Source of the DNA: a virus
Reading direction: 5' to 3' (one strand)
Virus record (IMG/VR): IMGVR_UViG_3300032323_001119
Coordinates: 1-64,000 of that record
Length of the DNA stretch: 64,000 nucleotides
The notes beneath the pieces were generated by a model. That model was given only the letters and a program-made list of their open reading frames with translations. It made no database searches and had not been told where the DNA came from. A program made the translations under genes and the position numbers. Below are positions 8,606 to 18,161 of this stretch, piece after piece (position 1 is the stretch's first letter; the number at the start of each line of letters is the position of its first letter).

Positions 8606-10540
8606 TTATGCAGATATATCTACAAGCTCACAATTACCGTCTGAACTACAGGCAAGTGTGGCGTTTGTGGAAGTTCCATCTTCTGTCTCATAAAAAGATA
8701 GGTCTTCCCATCTAATGTTTTCTGGCATTCTGGAAACAAGCTCGTCGTACTCTTCTTTGGTTATTTCTTGGTATGGAGCCTGCTTGTATGAATGATCTGA
8801 GTGAGGTAAAAATGAAATTCCTGAGCATTCGTCAAAATGTTTATAAACCCAGGCACCTACTTCCATCCATTCTTCTTCTTTAACAGAAACTGTAATTGAT
8901 GGCTTATGCTCACACCATGCTCTTTGATAAACAAGCCACATGTTTAGATGTTCAATTGCTGTTAAGTCATTTCTTGTTATTGCTCCTTGTGGTGCCTTTA
9001 CTGGAAACGAAAAAACATAAGTTTCATTTGGTTTCATTACATCGTCTTCGGTTGGTATTCCAACTTCTTTTAAAAATATTGAAATAGGATCAGCCTTAGA
9101 CCCACGTACAGTTCTAATATAATAATCTGAATGCCATGCATGCATTCCAGATGAAACTCCAACTAACTGTGACACTGTTCCTGATGGCTTAACGCATGTA
9201 ATTGCTGCTGACTCCTGAATTCCAATTTTTGACGACTCATCAGAGTTAGATAAACGTGCATGTTCTCTAGCTGTCATTAAAAAGGCCTCTAGTCCAATAA
9301 GGTCTTGTTTTCCAGACATAAAGTTGTGACCAAACTGCCCAGTTAGAGAAACTCCTAAAAGTCTTTCTTCTTCTGTGTTGTCTTTCCATATCTTTCTAAG
9401 ATATTTAAAATCTGTAAGTGTTGATTGCCATGTTCCCAAGACTGTGGCTAACCTAACTTTATTCAAAATGTCTTCTTTTGTATCAGACTCTCTAATAACT
9501 ACTTCAGACAAATTACAAAATTGGTAAGGCCTTAATATAATTTCAGAGCAAGGGTTGGTTCCATAGTGAATTTCAGGATCCCTGCGTCCGTATTTTGCTG
9601 CTTGTGCTTGTGCTGCAGCAACATTGTAGATTCCACGCTCACCAGACTTTGAATCGTAAAGAGATTTCCACTCAGTAATAAACTGTTCCATTGCTGGTTT
9701 GCGTGAGTATGCTACTGAGTTATTAGCAAGTGCTCTTTGTCCATTGTTTTCCCACCAGTTACCAGATTTAGCTGCAGCCATTTCAATATCATTAATGTTT
9801 GACAAAGATATCATTGCTGATCTGCGAACTCCACCTACCACAACGATTTCTCCAATTTTACACATTAGATCATGAGCCTCAATTGGCTTTAACTGTCTAC
9901 CAGCTGCTGCTTTAAACTTTGCAATTGTAAAATCAAAAAGATTTACCAGTGGCTGTGGACCAGAAGATCTTCCGCCCATAGTTTTCAATCTTGCTCCAGC
10001 TGGTCGAACTTTAGAAACATCAATCATTGGAATCTGACCAATCCACAATAGTGCAAGAAGTTCTCTATAAGCTTTTGCCCACCCTTGCTTTGAATCTTCA
10101 ACAGAAACTACTGTTTCTGACTTATCAAATGAGTCTGGGACGGCAGGAAGCTTATTTACATACTTATACTCAACAGAGAATCCAACACCAGTTCCACACA
10201 TAGAGATATACATTGCTTCATCAAAAGATCTTGGTGAATCTACTGGCAAGAATGAGCAGTTGTATCCAGCCACATTGTCTCTTGCAAGTGCTGGTCCAGC
10301 AGTCATTACGGAGCGCATTGATGGCATTATGTTTCTATCAAATACAGATTTTCTTAATTCTTCTACAAGACTTGAATCTGGCTCGTATGCATGGTTTTCA
10401 AAAAGATGATCAAGCATGAAATCAAAATATCTATCTACTGTTTCGCCCCATGTTTCACGACGATTTTCATCAGATATCCATCTTGCATATCGTGACAGTG
10501 CAATAAAGTTTTCGTATGGGTTTTCAATAGTATTTTTCAT
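8606..10540 (-). CDS. nrdJ: Class II (B12-dependent) ribonucleotide reductase
   Basis: YNCSF, GGVRRSA, TNPCSEI, CNLSE, TCVKPSGTVSQL and C-terminal Cys pair. Confidence 0.93.
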   Translation of the reverse strand: MKNTIENPYENFIALSRYARWISDENRRETWGETVDRYFDFMLDHLFENHAYEPDSSLVEELRKSVFDRNIMPSMRSVMTAGPALARDNVAGYNCSFLPVDSPRSFDEAMYISMCGTGVGFSVEYKYVNKLPAVPDSFDKSETVVSVEDSKQGWAKAYRELLALLWIGQIPMIDVSKVRPAGARLKTMGGRSSGPQPLVNLFDFTIAKFKAAAGRQLKPIEAHDLMCKIGEIVVVGGVRRSAMISLSNINDIEMAAAKSGNWWENNGQRALANNSVAYSRKPAMEQFITEWKSLYDSKSGERGIYNVAAAQAQAAKYGRRDPEIHYGTNPCSEIILRPYQFCNLSEVVIRESDTKEDILNKVRLATVLGTWQSTLTDFKYLRKIWKDNTEEERLLGVSLTGQFGHNFMSGKQDLIGLEAFLMTAREHARLSNSDESSKIGIQESAAITCVKPSGTVSQLVGVSSGMHAWHSDYYIRTVRGSKADPISIFLKEVGIPTEDDVMKPNETYVFSFPVKAPQGAITRNDLTAIEHLNMWLVYQRAWCEHKPSITVSVKEEEWMEVGAWVYKHFDECSGISFLPHSDHSYKQAPYQEITKEEYDELVSRMPENIRWEDLSFYETEDGTSTNATLACSSDGNCELVDISA

Positions 10541-10772
10541 GTGTCGCCTTTTCTTCCGCCTTACGGATTGATTGTTTTTTGAATGAGTTCTAAGTGTATC
10601 AAACTTTTTTATAAAAGAAAAGGAAAATTGTTTTTATCGTTGTTTTTTAGTTAACTATAATATATAATACTTACTATATATAATATATATTGATTTGTAT
10701 TGATTTGTTGACCCCCCGACCCCCCTATTGGAAGTATACTATTTAGATATTCTATGTCAAGAGAAAAATGAT

Positions 10773-10802
10773 TTGACATGTTCTTTGTTGCAATGGTATG
10801 AT
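10773..10802 (+). promoter_or_regulatory. SigA-type promoter for the transglycosylase gene
   Basis: TTGACA-N18-TATGAT with TG extension; a divergent TTGACA-N16-TATACT lies at 10760-10733 on the minus strand. Confidence 0.6.
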
Positions 10803-10835
10803 TATATCTCGCTATCTCTAAAGGAGGAAATGCCA

Positions 10836-11384
10836 ATGGAGAATATAAAAGAAAGTTTGAGCAGTGTTGTTCATCACTGGACAGCAATTGCAGTAGCAAC
10901 AATGTTTTTGTTTTCAAACAGCAATACTGTTGCACTAGCTCAAGCAGAAATAGTAAAACCAAAGACAGAAGTACAACTTAAGAAAGAAACCTTAGAAAAG
11001 TACAGCACTACTGTTTATAAGCCTTCAGAAATGCTTACTGACGCAGAACTTAAAGAACTGTTGTCTATAGTAGGATTCGAAGGAAAAGCCCTTAGAACGG
11101 CTTGGGCCATTGCTAAGAGGGAGTCTAATGGACGACCATTAGCTTACAATGGTAACAGAGAAACTGGAGACAGTTCTTACGGAATTTTTCAGATCAACAT
11201 GTTGGGTAATCTCGGCGTAGATCGTAAAGAAAAATTTAACTTGAAGTCAAATGACTCGTTATTTGACCCAACTAAAAATGCAGAGATAGCGTACCACATG
11301 ACTAATGGCGGAGTCGATTGGTCAGCTTGGAAGGGTTTAACCCCAAGAGCAATGGAATTTTATTTAAAATTTCCAAGTAATTAG
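10836..11384 (+). CDS. Secreted lytic transglycosylase (SLT/lysozyme-like)
   Basis: AAGGAGG 8 nt before ATG 10836; signal-like segment; AIAKRESNG, SYGIFQIN, WSAW motifs. Confidence 0.85.
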   Translation: MENIKESLSSVVHHWTAIAVATMFLFSNSNTVALAQAEIVKPKTEVQLKKETLEKYSTTVYKPSEMLTDAELKELLSIVGFEGKALRTAWAIAKRESNGRPLAYNGNRETGDSSYGIFQINMLGNLGVDRKEKFNLKSNDSLFDPTKNAEIAYHMTNGGVDWSAWKGLTPRAMEFYLKFPSN

Positions 11385-11396
11385 AAAGGGGATATA

Positions 11397-11612
11397 GTGA
11401 AGATACAGTATGTGTCTACCTATATAAACCTTTCGCTAGAGGGCCTTGTTCCTAAGCTTTTATGCCCACAGGATCAAGGCCTTCTATTTTGCAATGGCGA
11501 TGGTGAGTCATTAATATACCTTTATTGCCTAGAGTGCGAATATAAAAACACTATGGGAATACAAAAGTATGAAAGTATAGTAAAATTAGTAGATGAACAA
11601 AAAAGAGTTTGA
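11397..11612 (+). CDS. Hypothetical Zn-ribbon-like protein
   Basis: CPQD...CLEC. Confidence 0.55.
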   Translation: MKIQYVSTYINLSLEGLVPKLLCPQDQGLLFCNGDGESLIYLYCLECEYKNTMGIQKYESIVKLVDEQKRV

Positions 11613-11671
11613 TTTTGAGTCAAACATGATATCCCCTACGGATGCCATGGGTAGAGAAATTTGGTGGGAAG

Positions 11672-11884
11672 ATGCAGGAAGACCAGAAGGCGGAGACAAG
11701 TAATTTAGAAGATAACCTTCCGATGGTTACCTATATTATGCTCCACAGAATCTATGACTTGCTATCTTTAATAGCAAATAAAGTAGTCGGTTCACAAGAT
11801 GTTGAAAAAATGATAGAATATCATGAGGCGGGATACTTATTGGGTCCAGTTCCGTCTTTTAAACCAGGAGAAGAAAATGAATAA
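11672..11884 (+). CDS. Hypothetical protein
   Basis: ORF in operon; start uncertain. Confidence 0.55.
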   Translation: MQEDQKAETSNLEDNLPMVTYIMLHRIYDLLSLIANKVVGSQDVEKMIEYHEAGYLLGPVPSFKPGEENE

Positions 11885-12068
11885 AGCAGACTTTACTGAA
11901 CTGATGATTGATGAGTTTCAGCTGGCCAACAAAGAGGCTATGATTAAAATTGGAATGACAGAAGAAGAAGCAGAAGAAAAAAATGCAGAATTTTACCCTT
12001 CAATATCATTCCTACTTGGTCAAGTAGCAGAAAAAATCTTTGCTACAGATATTGTATTAGAAAAGTAA
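11877..12068 (+). CDS. Hypothetical protein
   Basis: AGGAG RBS before ATG 11877. Confidence 0.55.
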   Translation: MNKADFTELMIDEFQLANKEAMIKIGMTEEEAEEKNAEFYPSISFLLGQVAEKIFATDIVLEK

Positions 12069-12082
12069 TAATACTATAATAT

Positions 12083-12155
12083 TACGTCAGTTGAGTAAAT
12101 CCTGACGTATGCATGCAAATGCAGCTAACCCCCTGGATCCGCCTCCAGGGGGTTA
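12083..12155 (+). ncRNA. Putative small structured RNA (three hairpins)
   Basis: TATAAT at 12075; stems TACGTCAG/CTGACGTA, TGCAT-GCAA-ATGCA, TAACCCCCTGGA/TCCAGGGGGTTA. Confidence 0.45.
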
Positions 12156-12331
12156 CGCATGCTATAATAAGTATATTATGACTAGAGATTATTTTGCTAA
12201 ATATATGGCCAGTCCACAATTTCAGCAGGATGAAAAAAATAAAAAAGAGCATAAAGAAATTTGCGAAAGATGCAGATTGGGAATTATAAGATTCTATTTT
12301 AAAAAATTTACAAAAGGAGTTGGCGAATAAA

Positions 12332-13180
12332 ATGTTTTACGACAGAGAAGATTGCACAAAACTTTCATTTTTCCCAGACGACTACGGAACACCTAGCGGA
12401 GTATTTTTATTCAAAGGATTTTACACAGACGAAGAGTGCAAGATAGTTGAAGACGCTCTTCGGGAATACAAATATGATGACGTATACGAACAGACATTGA
12501 TAAGCTGGTATGCAGATAAACTTTCTCCTCCAATTAAAGGACTGCACAAGCTGTGGGAAAAGGCTAGCGACCTTCTTTATCCAGAATACGTTATTCATCC
12601 TCAAAACAATGTTCTTGTTATTAGCGAGCATATGAAGCAGGGCATGTTTACCCATTCTGACTCTCCAGGAAAGGGTGAATGCCACAGACTTTCTCAAGTA
12701 GATGTCTGGAAAACATGCTGCGAGTTAGATTACGGTCTAGTTGCATATTTCGGTGATTTTGAAGGCGGAGAAATATTTTATGTTAATATTAATGAAGATG
12801 GCTCAAAAAAGGATCCAGATATAGATTCCAAGATACTTGAGTTTAAGCCAGTAAGGGGAGACCTTGTAGTACATGGAGCATTTTCTCCACACACTCACGG
12901 AGTAAAGCCAGTTACTAAAGGTGTTAGATATGCTTTCTCAAACTTTGTGTTAAAGGCCGAGGACAATCCAGGAACTTTTTACAACTACAAAACACCAGAG
13001 TATTACGAACAGATAAAGGATGTTGATACTGATTTTGAAAAGTTTCAGCACACATGGATGCAGCCATTAAAACAGAACCCTCAATTTACTGATGAACGAA
13101 TTAAAGAAATGCAGGCTTCAGGTCTTGAAGGCGTAGAACTAGCTAACGCATTCCCATTCCATCACGAAAAAGATGCCTGA
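12332..13180 (+). CDS. 2OG-Fe(II) oxygenase (prolyl-4-hydroxylase-like)
   Basis: HSD...FEGGE...HGVKPVTKGVRY. Confidence 0.85.
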   Translation: MFYDREDCTKLSFFPDDYGTPSGVFLFKGFYTDEECKIVEDALREYKYDDVYEQTLISWYADKLSPPIKGLHKLWEKASDLLYPEYVIHPQNNVLVISEHMKQGMFTHSDSPGKGECHRLSQVDVWKTCCELDYGLVAYFGDFEGGEIFYVNINEDGSKKDPDIDSKILEFKPVRGDLVVHGAFSPHTHGVKPVTKGVRYAFSNFVLKAEDNPGTFYNYKTPEYYEQIKDVDTDFEKFQHTWMQPLKQNPQFTDERIKEMQASGLEGVELANAFPFHHEKDA

Positions 13181-13742
13181 AAGATTTGAATCTAGGCCAG
13201 AAATAAAAAAAATACATGAAGGAATATTCCTTTATAAAAATTTTATTACTGAAGAAGAGGCATCTAAGTTCAACGAAGAGCTATCATCATTTAAGCCAGA
13301 AGAATGGTTTAAGCATGAAAACATAGTTCCAGGAGACATAAGTGGGGAATACTGGGATGGCAAATTAAGTTTAGACATATTAGATCATTGGTTTCATAGC
13401 AAGTTTATAAATTACTTTGCTCCTGAATTTTGGATTTTTTCTTATGGAAATTTCTTAAAGCTAGATGCTGGAGAGTCTTCTTTACCAGAGCACTCTTTGG
13501 CACAAAATATGGAATATTACAATAAAATAATACCTTATAAGCTTGCGCTTTATATTAGTGATTTCGGCGGTGGAGAGATAGTTTTCCCTAACTTAGACTT
13601 TGAATATAAGCCAGAGCCTGGAGACCTGCTAATATTTAAAGCCAGCCTAGAACATGAACATTATACGAAAGAAGTTACATATGGAACTAGATACGTCTAT
13701 ATAGACTATTTAGTTAAGAATCCACGATACTTCATGCCTTAA
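13173..13742 (+). CDS. 2OG-Fe(II) oxygenase-like protein (HxD motif degenerate)
   Basis: FGGGEIVF...PEPGDLLIF...HYTKEVTYGTRY; HSL in place of HxD. Confidence 0.7.
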   Translation: MPERFESRPEIKKIHEGIFLYKNFITEEEASKFNEELSSFKPEEWFKHENIVPGDISGEYWDGKLSLDILDHWFHSKFINYFAPEFWIFSYGNFLKLDAGESSLPEHSLAQNMEYYNKIIPYKLALYISDFGGGEIVFPNLDFEYKPEPGDLLIFKASLEHEHYTKEVTYGTRYVYIDYLVKNPRYFMP

Positions 13743-13787
13743 AGTGCGAAAAAAGTGCGGCGGCGAAAGAAGACCAATATTTTTATA

Positions 13788-14165
13788 TTATTCCCACCAG
13801 TAATAAATTACAATTTGCTGTCCAGTATTTTCTGTTCCTGGCAGTAAAGATCTATATGGGTTAAATTCATGAACAGTTGCCACGGTATTAATTCCTGTAG
13901 ATGGACCAGGGTTTCCACCAGATCCTGAAAACAATCCGTCTGGATAGGCAGAATAACCAGTATAAAATTTCCAACCTTGTGACTCTAATAAAATTTTAGC
14001 TTCATTTTTATTCATCCCTATTACATTCGGCAGACCAGTAGGAAAAGCATATACCCCCTGGTATGGATATTCGGGAGCAATGTCAACAAATGAAGTATCT
14101 ATAGGTTGATTATTAAATAAAGAAAATGATGTCTGCTGTAATTCAGAATTATAAAAAGAGTCCAT
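13788..14165 (-). CDS. Hypothetical protein with PASTA-like motif
   Basis: LPNVIGMNKNEAKILLESQGW. Confidence 0.45.
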   Translation of the reverse strand: MDSFYNSELQQTSFSLFNNQPIDTSFVDIAPEYPYQGVYAFPTGLPNVIGMNKNEAKILLESQGWKFYTGYSAYPDGLFSGSGGNPGPSTGINTVATVHEFNPYRSLLPGTENTGQQIVIYYWWE

Positions 14166-14239
14166 ACCTATATTGTATCATTTGACTGCATAAAAGTGCG
14201 TCGCCGAGAAGAACAACATTTAGTCAACTGTAATATATA

Positions 14240-14253
14240 GTTTCACGTGAAAC
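14240..14253. promoter_or_regulatory. parS: parS (ParB-binding) palindrome
   Basis: GTTTCACGTGAAAC, exact match to the actinobacterial/firmicute parS core; intergenic. Confidence 0.75.
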
Positions 14254-14316
14254 ACAATTGGGTAGTGTAACACAGAATGCACCGCAAAAGGGCTACAAGG
14301 GTCCTATAAGGACATT

Positions 14317-14988
14317 TTAGCTAATGTCGGTCCACTTGTGAAGAGCTGGTACAGATTCTATATGTTTGGCTATAGCCTTACCCTTTAAAAAGCTCATATG
14401 CAAAAGATCTTCCGATCTATCTTCTAATTCTAGAAATTCTGATCCAAGGCTAATATCGATAGGTTCTGGCAAAGACAGCTCTGAACAAATATCGGTCAAA
14501 TGCTTTACAAAATTTTTATGTTCAGCAGATCTTATATCTGCGTCAAATGAGAAATCTTCTCCGTCAAGGGTTACTGTATATTCTGTACTTGTTTGAGGCA
14601 ATGGAGTCAAAAAGAATACTTCGTTATCTGGGAAACTTTTCACTGTATTATTAACATAAGCCTCTACTACTTCTTTGGTGTTATTGTATTTATGCAAGTA
14701 GAGTCTTATATCACATTCACCCATAGAGGCTACTATTTTATCCCCCGCCTTTATTAATTTAGAAAAAGCTAAATTTGTGTAATCTGAATTATATGCTAGC
14801 CTTCCAGGCTTTATGTGAAAGCTATACAGTGTGTCTGTAGACATTTTGTATGCGCCTCTCCACTCTTCATTTGGATAATCCAAAAAAACATCTTCATTAT
14901 TAATTTGCTTAGTGCTAGATAAACACAATGCTCCATTATATATTGGAACTAGATGTGAGTCTCCTATAAAGTGAATTGATTTAGTCAT
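14317..14988 (-). CDS. SGNH/GDSL hydrolase-like protein
   Basis: FIGDSH, GECDIR and D-x-x-H (DLLH) blocks. Confidence 0.7.
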   Translation of the reverse strand: MTKSIHFIGDSHLVPIYNGALCLSSTKQINNEDVFLDYPNEEWRGAYKMSTDTLYSFHIKPGRLAYNSDYTNLAFSKLIKAGDKIVASMGECDIRLYLHKYNNTKEVVEAYVNNTVKSFPDNEVFFLTPLPQTSTEYTVTLDGEDFSFDADIRSAEHKNFVKHLTDICSELSLPEPIDISLGSEFLELEDRSEDLLHMSFLKGKAIAKHIESVPALHKWTDIS

Positions 14989-15052
14989 GTATATAATTAT
15001 ACTACATATATATTCTAGTTGACTAATATTATCTGCATGCTATAATATATAC

Positions 15053-15703
15053 ATGAACTACACAATTGAGCCATGGAGCGAAAAAGTATTAGACACAGAA
15101 TTTCTTGAAGTTTTAAAAGAAATCATTGATTTAGAATTAAACCTAGCTGCAGTTCCAGAAGAAGAATTAAAGCTCTGGGATCCCGCCGAAAGATACTATA
15201 TATTGTGGAGTGCGCTAAAGCAAATTTCTCACATTCCAGGTGACTTTGTGCAATGTGGTATCTATAGAGGAGAACAAGCCTTCTATATGGCCAAAGAGTG
15301 CAAGACACATGTTCACTTGTTTGACTCATTTGAAGGATCAGTAGATCTAGGAGAATTTGATAACGAGTACTACGAAGAAAATCCTTACAAGGCTTCTCTT
15401 GATGAGGCAGAGGCTGTACTTGCACAGTTTGATAACGTAACTATTAATGTTGGCAGAGTTCCAGAAAATTTTGAAAAAGTAGAATCAATTGCATTCTTAC
15501 ATGTAGATGTTAACCTGTATACACCGACAAAAATTACACTAACCGAGCTGTGGCCAAAGGTCGTATCTGGTGGTATGGTTATGGTTGACCTACATGACTC
15601 ATATTCTTCAGGAGCAGAGCTTGCAGTTGCAGAATTCTTTGCAGCTTTAGACTTACCGATTCAAATGCTGCCTACTGGTATTGCAGTAGTTTACAAGCCC
15701 TAA
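15053..15703 (+). CDS. TylF/MycF-family O-methyltransferase
   Basis: PGDFVQCGIYRG, LFDSFEG, LHVDVNLY, GG motifs. Confidence 0.8.
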   Translation: MNYTIEPWSEKVLDTEFLEVLKEIIDLELNLAAVPEEELKLWDPAERYYILWSALKQISHIPGDFVQCGIYRGEQAFYMAKECKTHVHLFDSFEGSVDLGEFDNEYYEENPYKASLDEAEAVLAQFDNVTINVGRVPENFEKVESIAFLHVDVNLYTPTKITLTELWPKVVSGGMVMVDLHDSYSSGAELAVAEFFAALDLPIQMLPTGIAVVYKP

Positions 15704-16401
15704 TTATTGTAAGTCCCATCAGGAATATAGGTTTCCATAAACTTCTTTAGTGCAGGATTTTCTGACTCTCCATGATGAGAAGAGTAAAAAAATCTAGGAT
15801 CATCTAGATTAAATTCGCCTTCTGGAAAATCAATTTTATTATAGGTTTCCATGCTTACCCATATATCATCTTCAATTGTAGAAGTGTGTGTAAACCTTAC
15901 ACCGTAATCAACTTTTTTAACAGCATGAACATTTTTAACGTCATGCACAATCAGTTCACCAGCTTTTGGTTTATGACATAAGTTTTGCATAGGATAGCAT
16001 ATTTCACCGCCAAGATAATCGTCATTGAAATAAAGAACGTAGCTGTATCTTGCAGACACAAGCTTTATTTTTTCTATATCTGATTGTTCATCTATTTCAT
16101 TGTAATATGCTAGGTTAAAATGATTTTGTATATCTACGTGAGGGTCCATTCCCTGATCTGTGTATCTAATTATTACGTGGTCTAATGGTTGTATTTTACA
16201 GTTTGGCATGTTTAAAGATTTAAGTAGTCTTTCTCCATATTTTGCAAAACTAGTGAACTCTCTATGGTGATGATTCTCTACCGTCCACTCCCTTGATCTT
16301 ATTTCTTTCATAACAGGAATCAATTCTTCTTCAGATAAAAAATTTTCCCAAGACCAGACGCCTTCTCCTATTTGCTTATATTGCTCTTTAAAGTGGCTCA
16401 T
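15700..16401 (-). CDS. 2OG-Fe(II) oxygenase
   Basis: HVD...YFNDDYLGGE...HAVKKVDYGVRF. Confidence 0.85.
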   Translation of the reverse strand: MSHFKEQYKQIGEGVWSWENFLSEEELIPVMKEIRSREWTVENHHHREFTSFAKYGERLLKSLNMPNCKIQPLDHVIIRYTDQGMDPHVDIQNHFNLAYYNEIDEQSDIEKIKLVSARYSYVLYFNDDYLGGEICYPMQNLCHKPKAGELIVHDVKNVHAVKKVDYGVRFTHTSTIEDDIWVSMETYNKIDFPEGEFNLDDPRFFYSSHHGESENPALKKFMETYIPDGTYNN

Positions 16402-16419
16402 AATTATATTATACCATCG

Positions 16420-16494
16420 TAGGGATAATCGGATTTGAACCGATAGTCGATTGTATATAAGACAATTGCTTTAACCAGATTAAGCTATATCCCC
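16420..16494 (-). tRNA. tRNA-Ile(UAU)
   Basis: Cloverleaf; anticodon arm ATTGT-CTTATAT-ACAAT; T-loop TTCAAAT; no encoded CCA. Confidence 0.85.
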
Positions 16495-16945
16495 TAGTTC
16501 ATATTAAATTGCAGAATTATTCCGCATATATGTACTATGATAGCTACTACTCCGATCCAAATGATTAATTTCATTTCCCGCCCTTTATTAACTTCTGAAT
16601 GCAATTAACGCAAAAGCTTTCTAGTACGCCTTTTGAGTTTAATCTCTCAACGTATTTTGTGTTGTCACAGAAGTTACATTTCATAATATGAGTATAGCAT
16701 AATTCTGGTCAACTAGCATTTCATATTTTCTAAAATGTTAATATTTTTTTAATTTGTATGATACACGTATTTTATAGAAACGGACATTTGGTATAGTCCG
16801 CACATATTGAGCGTGAGCATACGGTCAATGTGATAGACCTCACAAAGTATTTTTTTGATTTGTCCCTAATGTCCGAATTGCGACTTGCAATTTGTCAGAC
16901 CCCCATGCAATAATTAAGGTATAACAAAAAGAAAGGAGCAATTAA

Positions 16946-17098
16946 ATGCTCACTCAAAAAACACTAGACGCAATCGTCTATGAATACCAACATGGTGGCG
17001 TTAAGTCTAACCACCCTGAATTAACTACCTATGAGCGCAAGGCTCTACTTAAGCACTTGTTCTCCCTCCCTACTTATTGCGCTTGTTGTGTGAGGTAA
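16946..17098 (+). CDS. Small early protein (50 aa)
   Basis: GAAAGGAG RBS; MLTQKTLDAIVY...YCACCVR (not in ORF track). Confidence 0.6.
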   Translation: MLTQKTLDAIVYEYQHGGVKSNHPELTTYERKALLKHLFSLPTYCACCVR

Positions 17099-17184
17099 CT
17101 CACACGACACACCCCCTCAACATCCCCATAATGTCAGACCTATCCGCTACAATTACAACATAACAACAACGAAAGAGGCACTAA

Positions 17185-17367
17185 ATGTCATACGCTTACT
17201 CATACGAAACTAACTCGGTCTCTAAATGGGAGACTATCCAATCAGATGTTGCAGATGCATACTCATACTTAGATGAGGTAGATGATGAGCAACCACCCGT
17301 TGATGATTTTGATGATGCAGATGATGAAGAACTAGCAAAACTATTCACACTAACTTGGGAGAACTAA
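17185..17367 (+). CDS. Small acidic early protein
   Basis: ACGAAAGAGG leader; D/E-rich. Confidence 0.65.
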   Translation: MSYAYSYETNSVSKWETIQSDVADAYSYLDEVDDEQPPVDDFDDADDEELAKLFTLTWEN

Positions 17368-17369
17368 TA

Positions 17370-17540
17370 ATGACTATCACTTACTCAATTTGGCAAGGCT
17401 CTCGCTTACTATCTATCGACAATGTAGCGCATGAGGTTAAGGCTATTGACCACCTAATCGAATCGCTTAACGCTAGCGAACTAGGTAAGAAAACAAAATT
17501 CACCGCTAATGTAATGTCTATCAAGGTAGGGGATAATTAA
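17370..17540 (+). CDS. Small early protein
   Basis: MTITYSIW...; stop overlaps next start (TAATG). Confidence 0.6.
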   Translation: MTITYSIWQGSRLLSIDNVAHEVKAIDHLIESLNASELGKKTKFTANVMSIKVGDN

Positions 17541-17909
17541 TGAGAAAATGTAAGATAGATGTATGCGATTCAACCGAACTAGTGTATAGCGGTGTAGATG
17601 CTTTCCTATTGGGTGTGCCAACCGAAACTTATTGCTATGATTGCTCTAACAATGGAGATGCACATAGAGAATTGCTAGAGGTAACTAACTAATGAATAGA
17701 CTACTAACTACACTAGTGCAATTGGCTATTGCTATCCCCGCCCTATATATGGGGCGCTTAATGTGGCACGAACTAAAGGCAGACCTAAGAGAGATGATGA
17801 GGGGCAACTAATGGAAGACCTATTCGGATTTGAAAAGGCGATTCAACTAGATCACCTTAACCTAGAACAACTAAAAGAACTAGAAAAGATTCTAGATAAA
17901 ATTAAATAA
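17540..17909 (+). CDS. Three coupled micro-ORFs (17540-17692, 17692-17811, 17811-17909)
   Basis: Each joined by a TAATG overlap; 50, 39 (hydrophobic) and 32 aa. Confidence 0.55.
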
Positions 17910-17939
17910 ATACGGCGTGTCGACTTGACAAAAGTTGGC

Positions 17940-17974
17940 ACCCGCACATAGCTGCGGGGTCGGGCGTGTCGTTA
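17940..17974 (+). repeat. 35-bp direct repeat, copy 1 (copy 2 at 19564-19598)
   Basis: acccgcacatagctgcggggtcgggcgtgtcgtta identical in both; contains a CCCGCA/TGCGGG hairpin. Confidence 0.9.
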
Positions 17975-18161
17975 TGAACATGTTATAAAATCCCCCGAAA
18001 TTTACGGCGTGTCGATTTGACAGACAAATCGGACATTTTTTATGTGATGTAAAACACATGACTTGAGCGTCTCACATCTTGGAATTACTGGTTAGTAATT
18101 AGATAAATGTCAGTCCCCTAATGTATAATGTCTACTATAACAACAACGAAAGAAGGTCACC

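Noticed and set aside
10760-10835. c-di-AMP (ydaO) riboswitch before the transglycosylase
   Set aside because: Predicted 5'UTR is only ~30 nt
10651-10962. 103-aa minus-strand ORF and the upstream extension of 10728..11384
   Set aside because: Overlap divergent promoters and AT-rich DNA; a strong RBS supports 10836
17972-17988. LexA SOS box in ttatgaacatgttataa
   Set aside because: Spacing does not fit the actinobacterial CGAAC-N4-GTTCG
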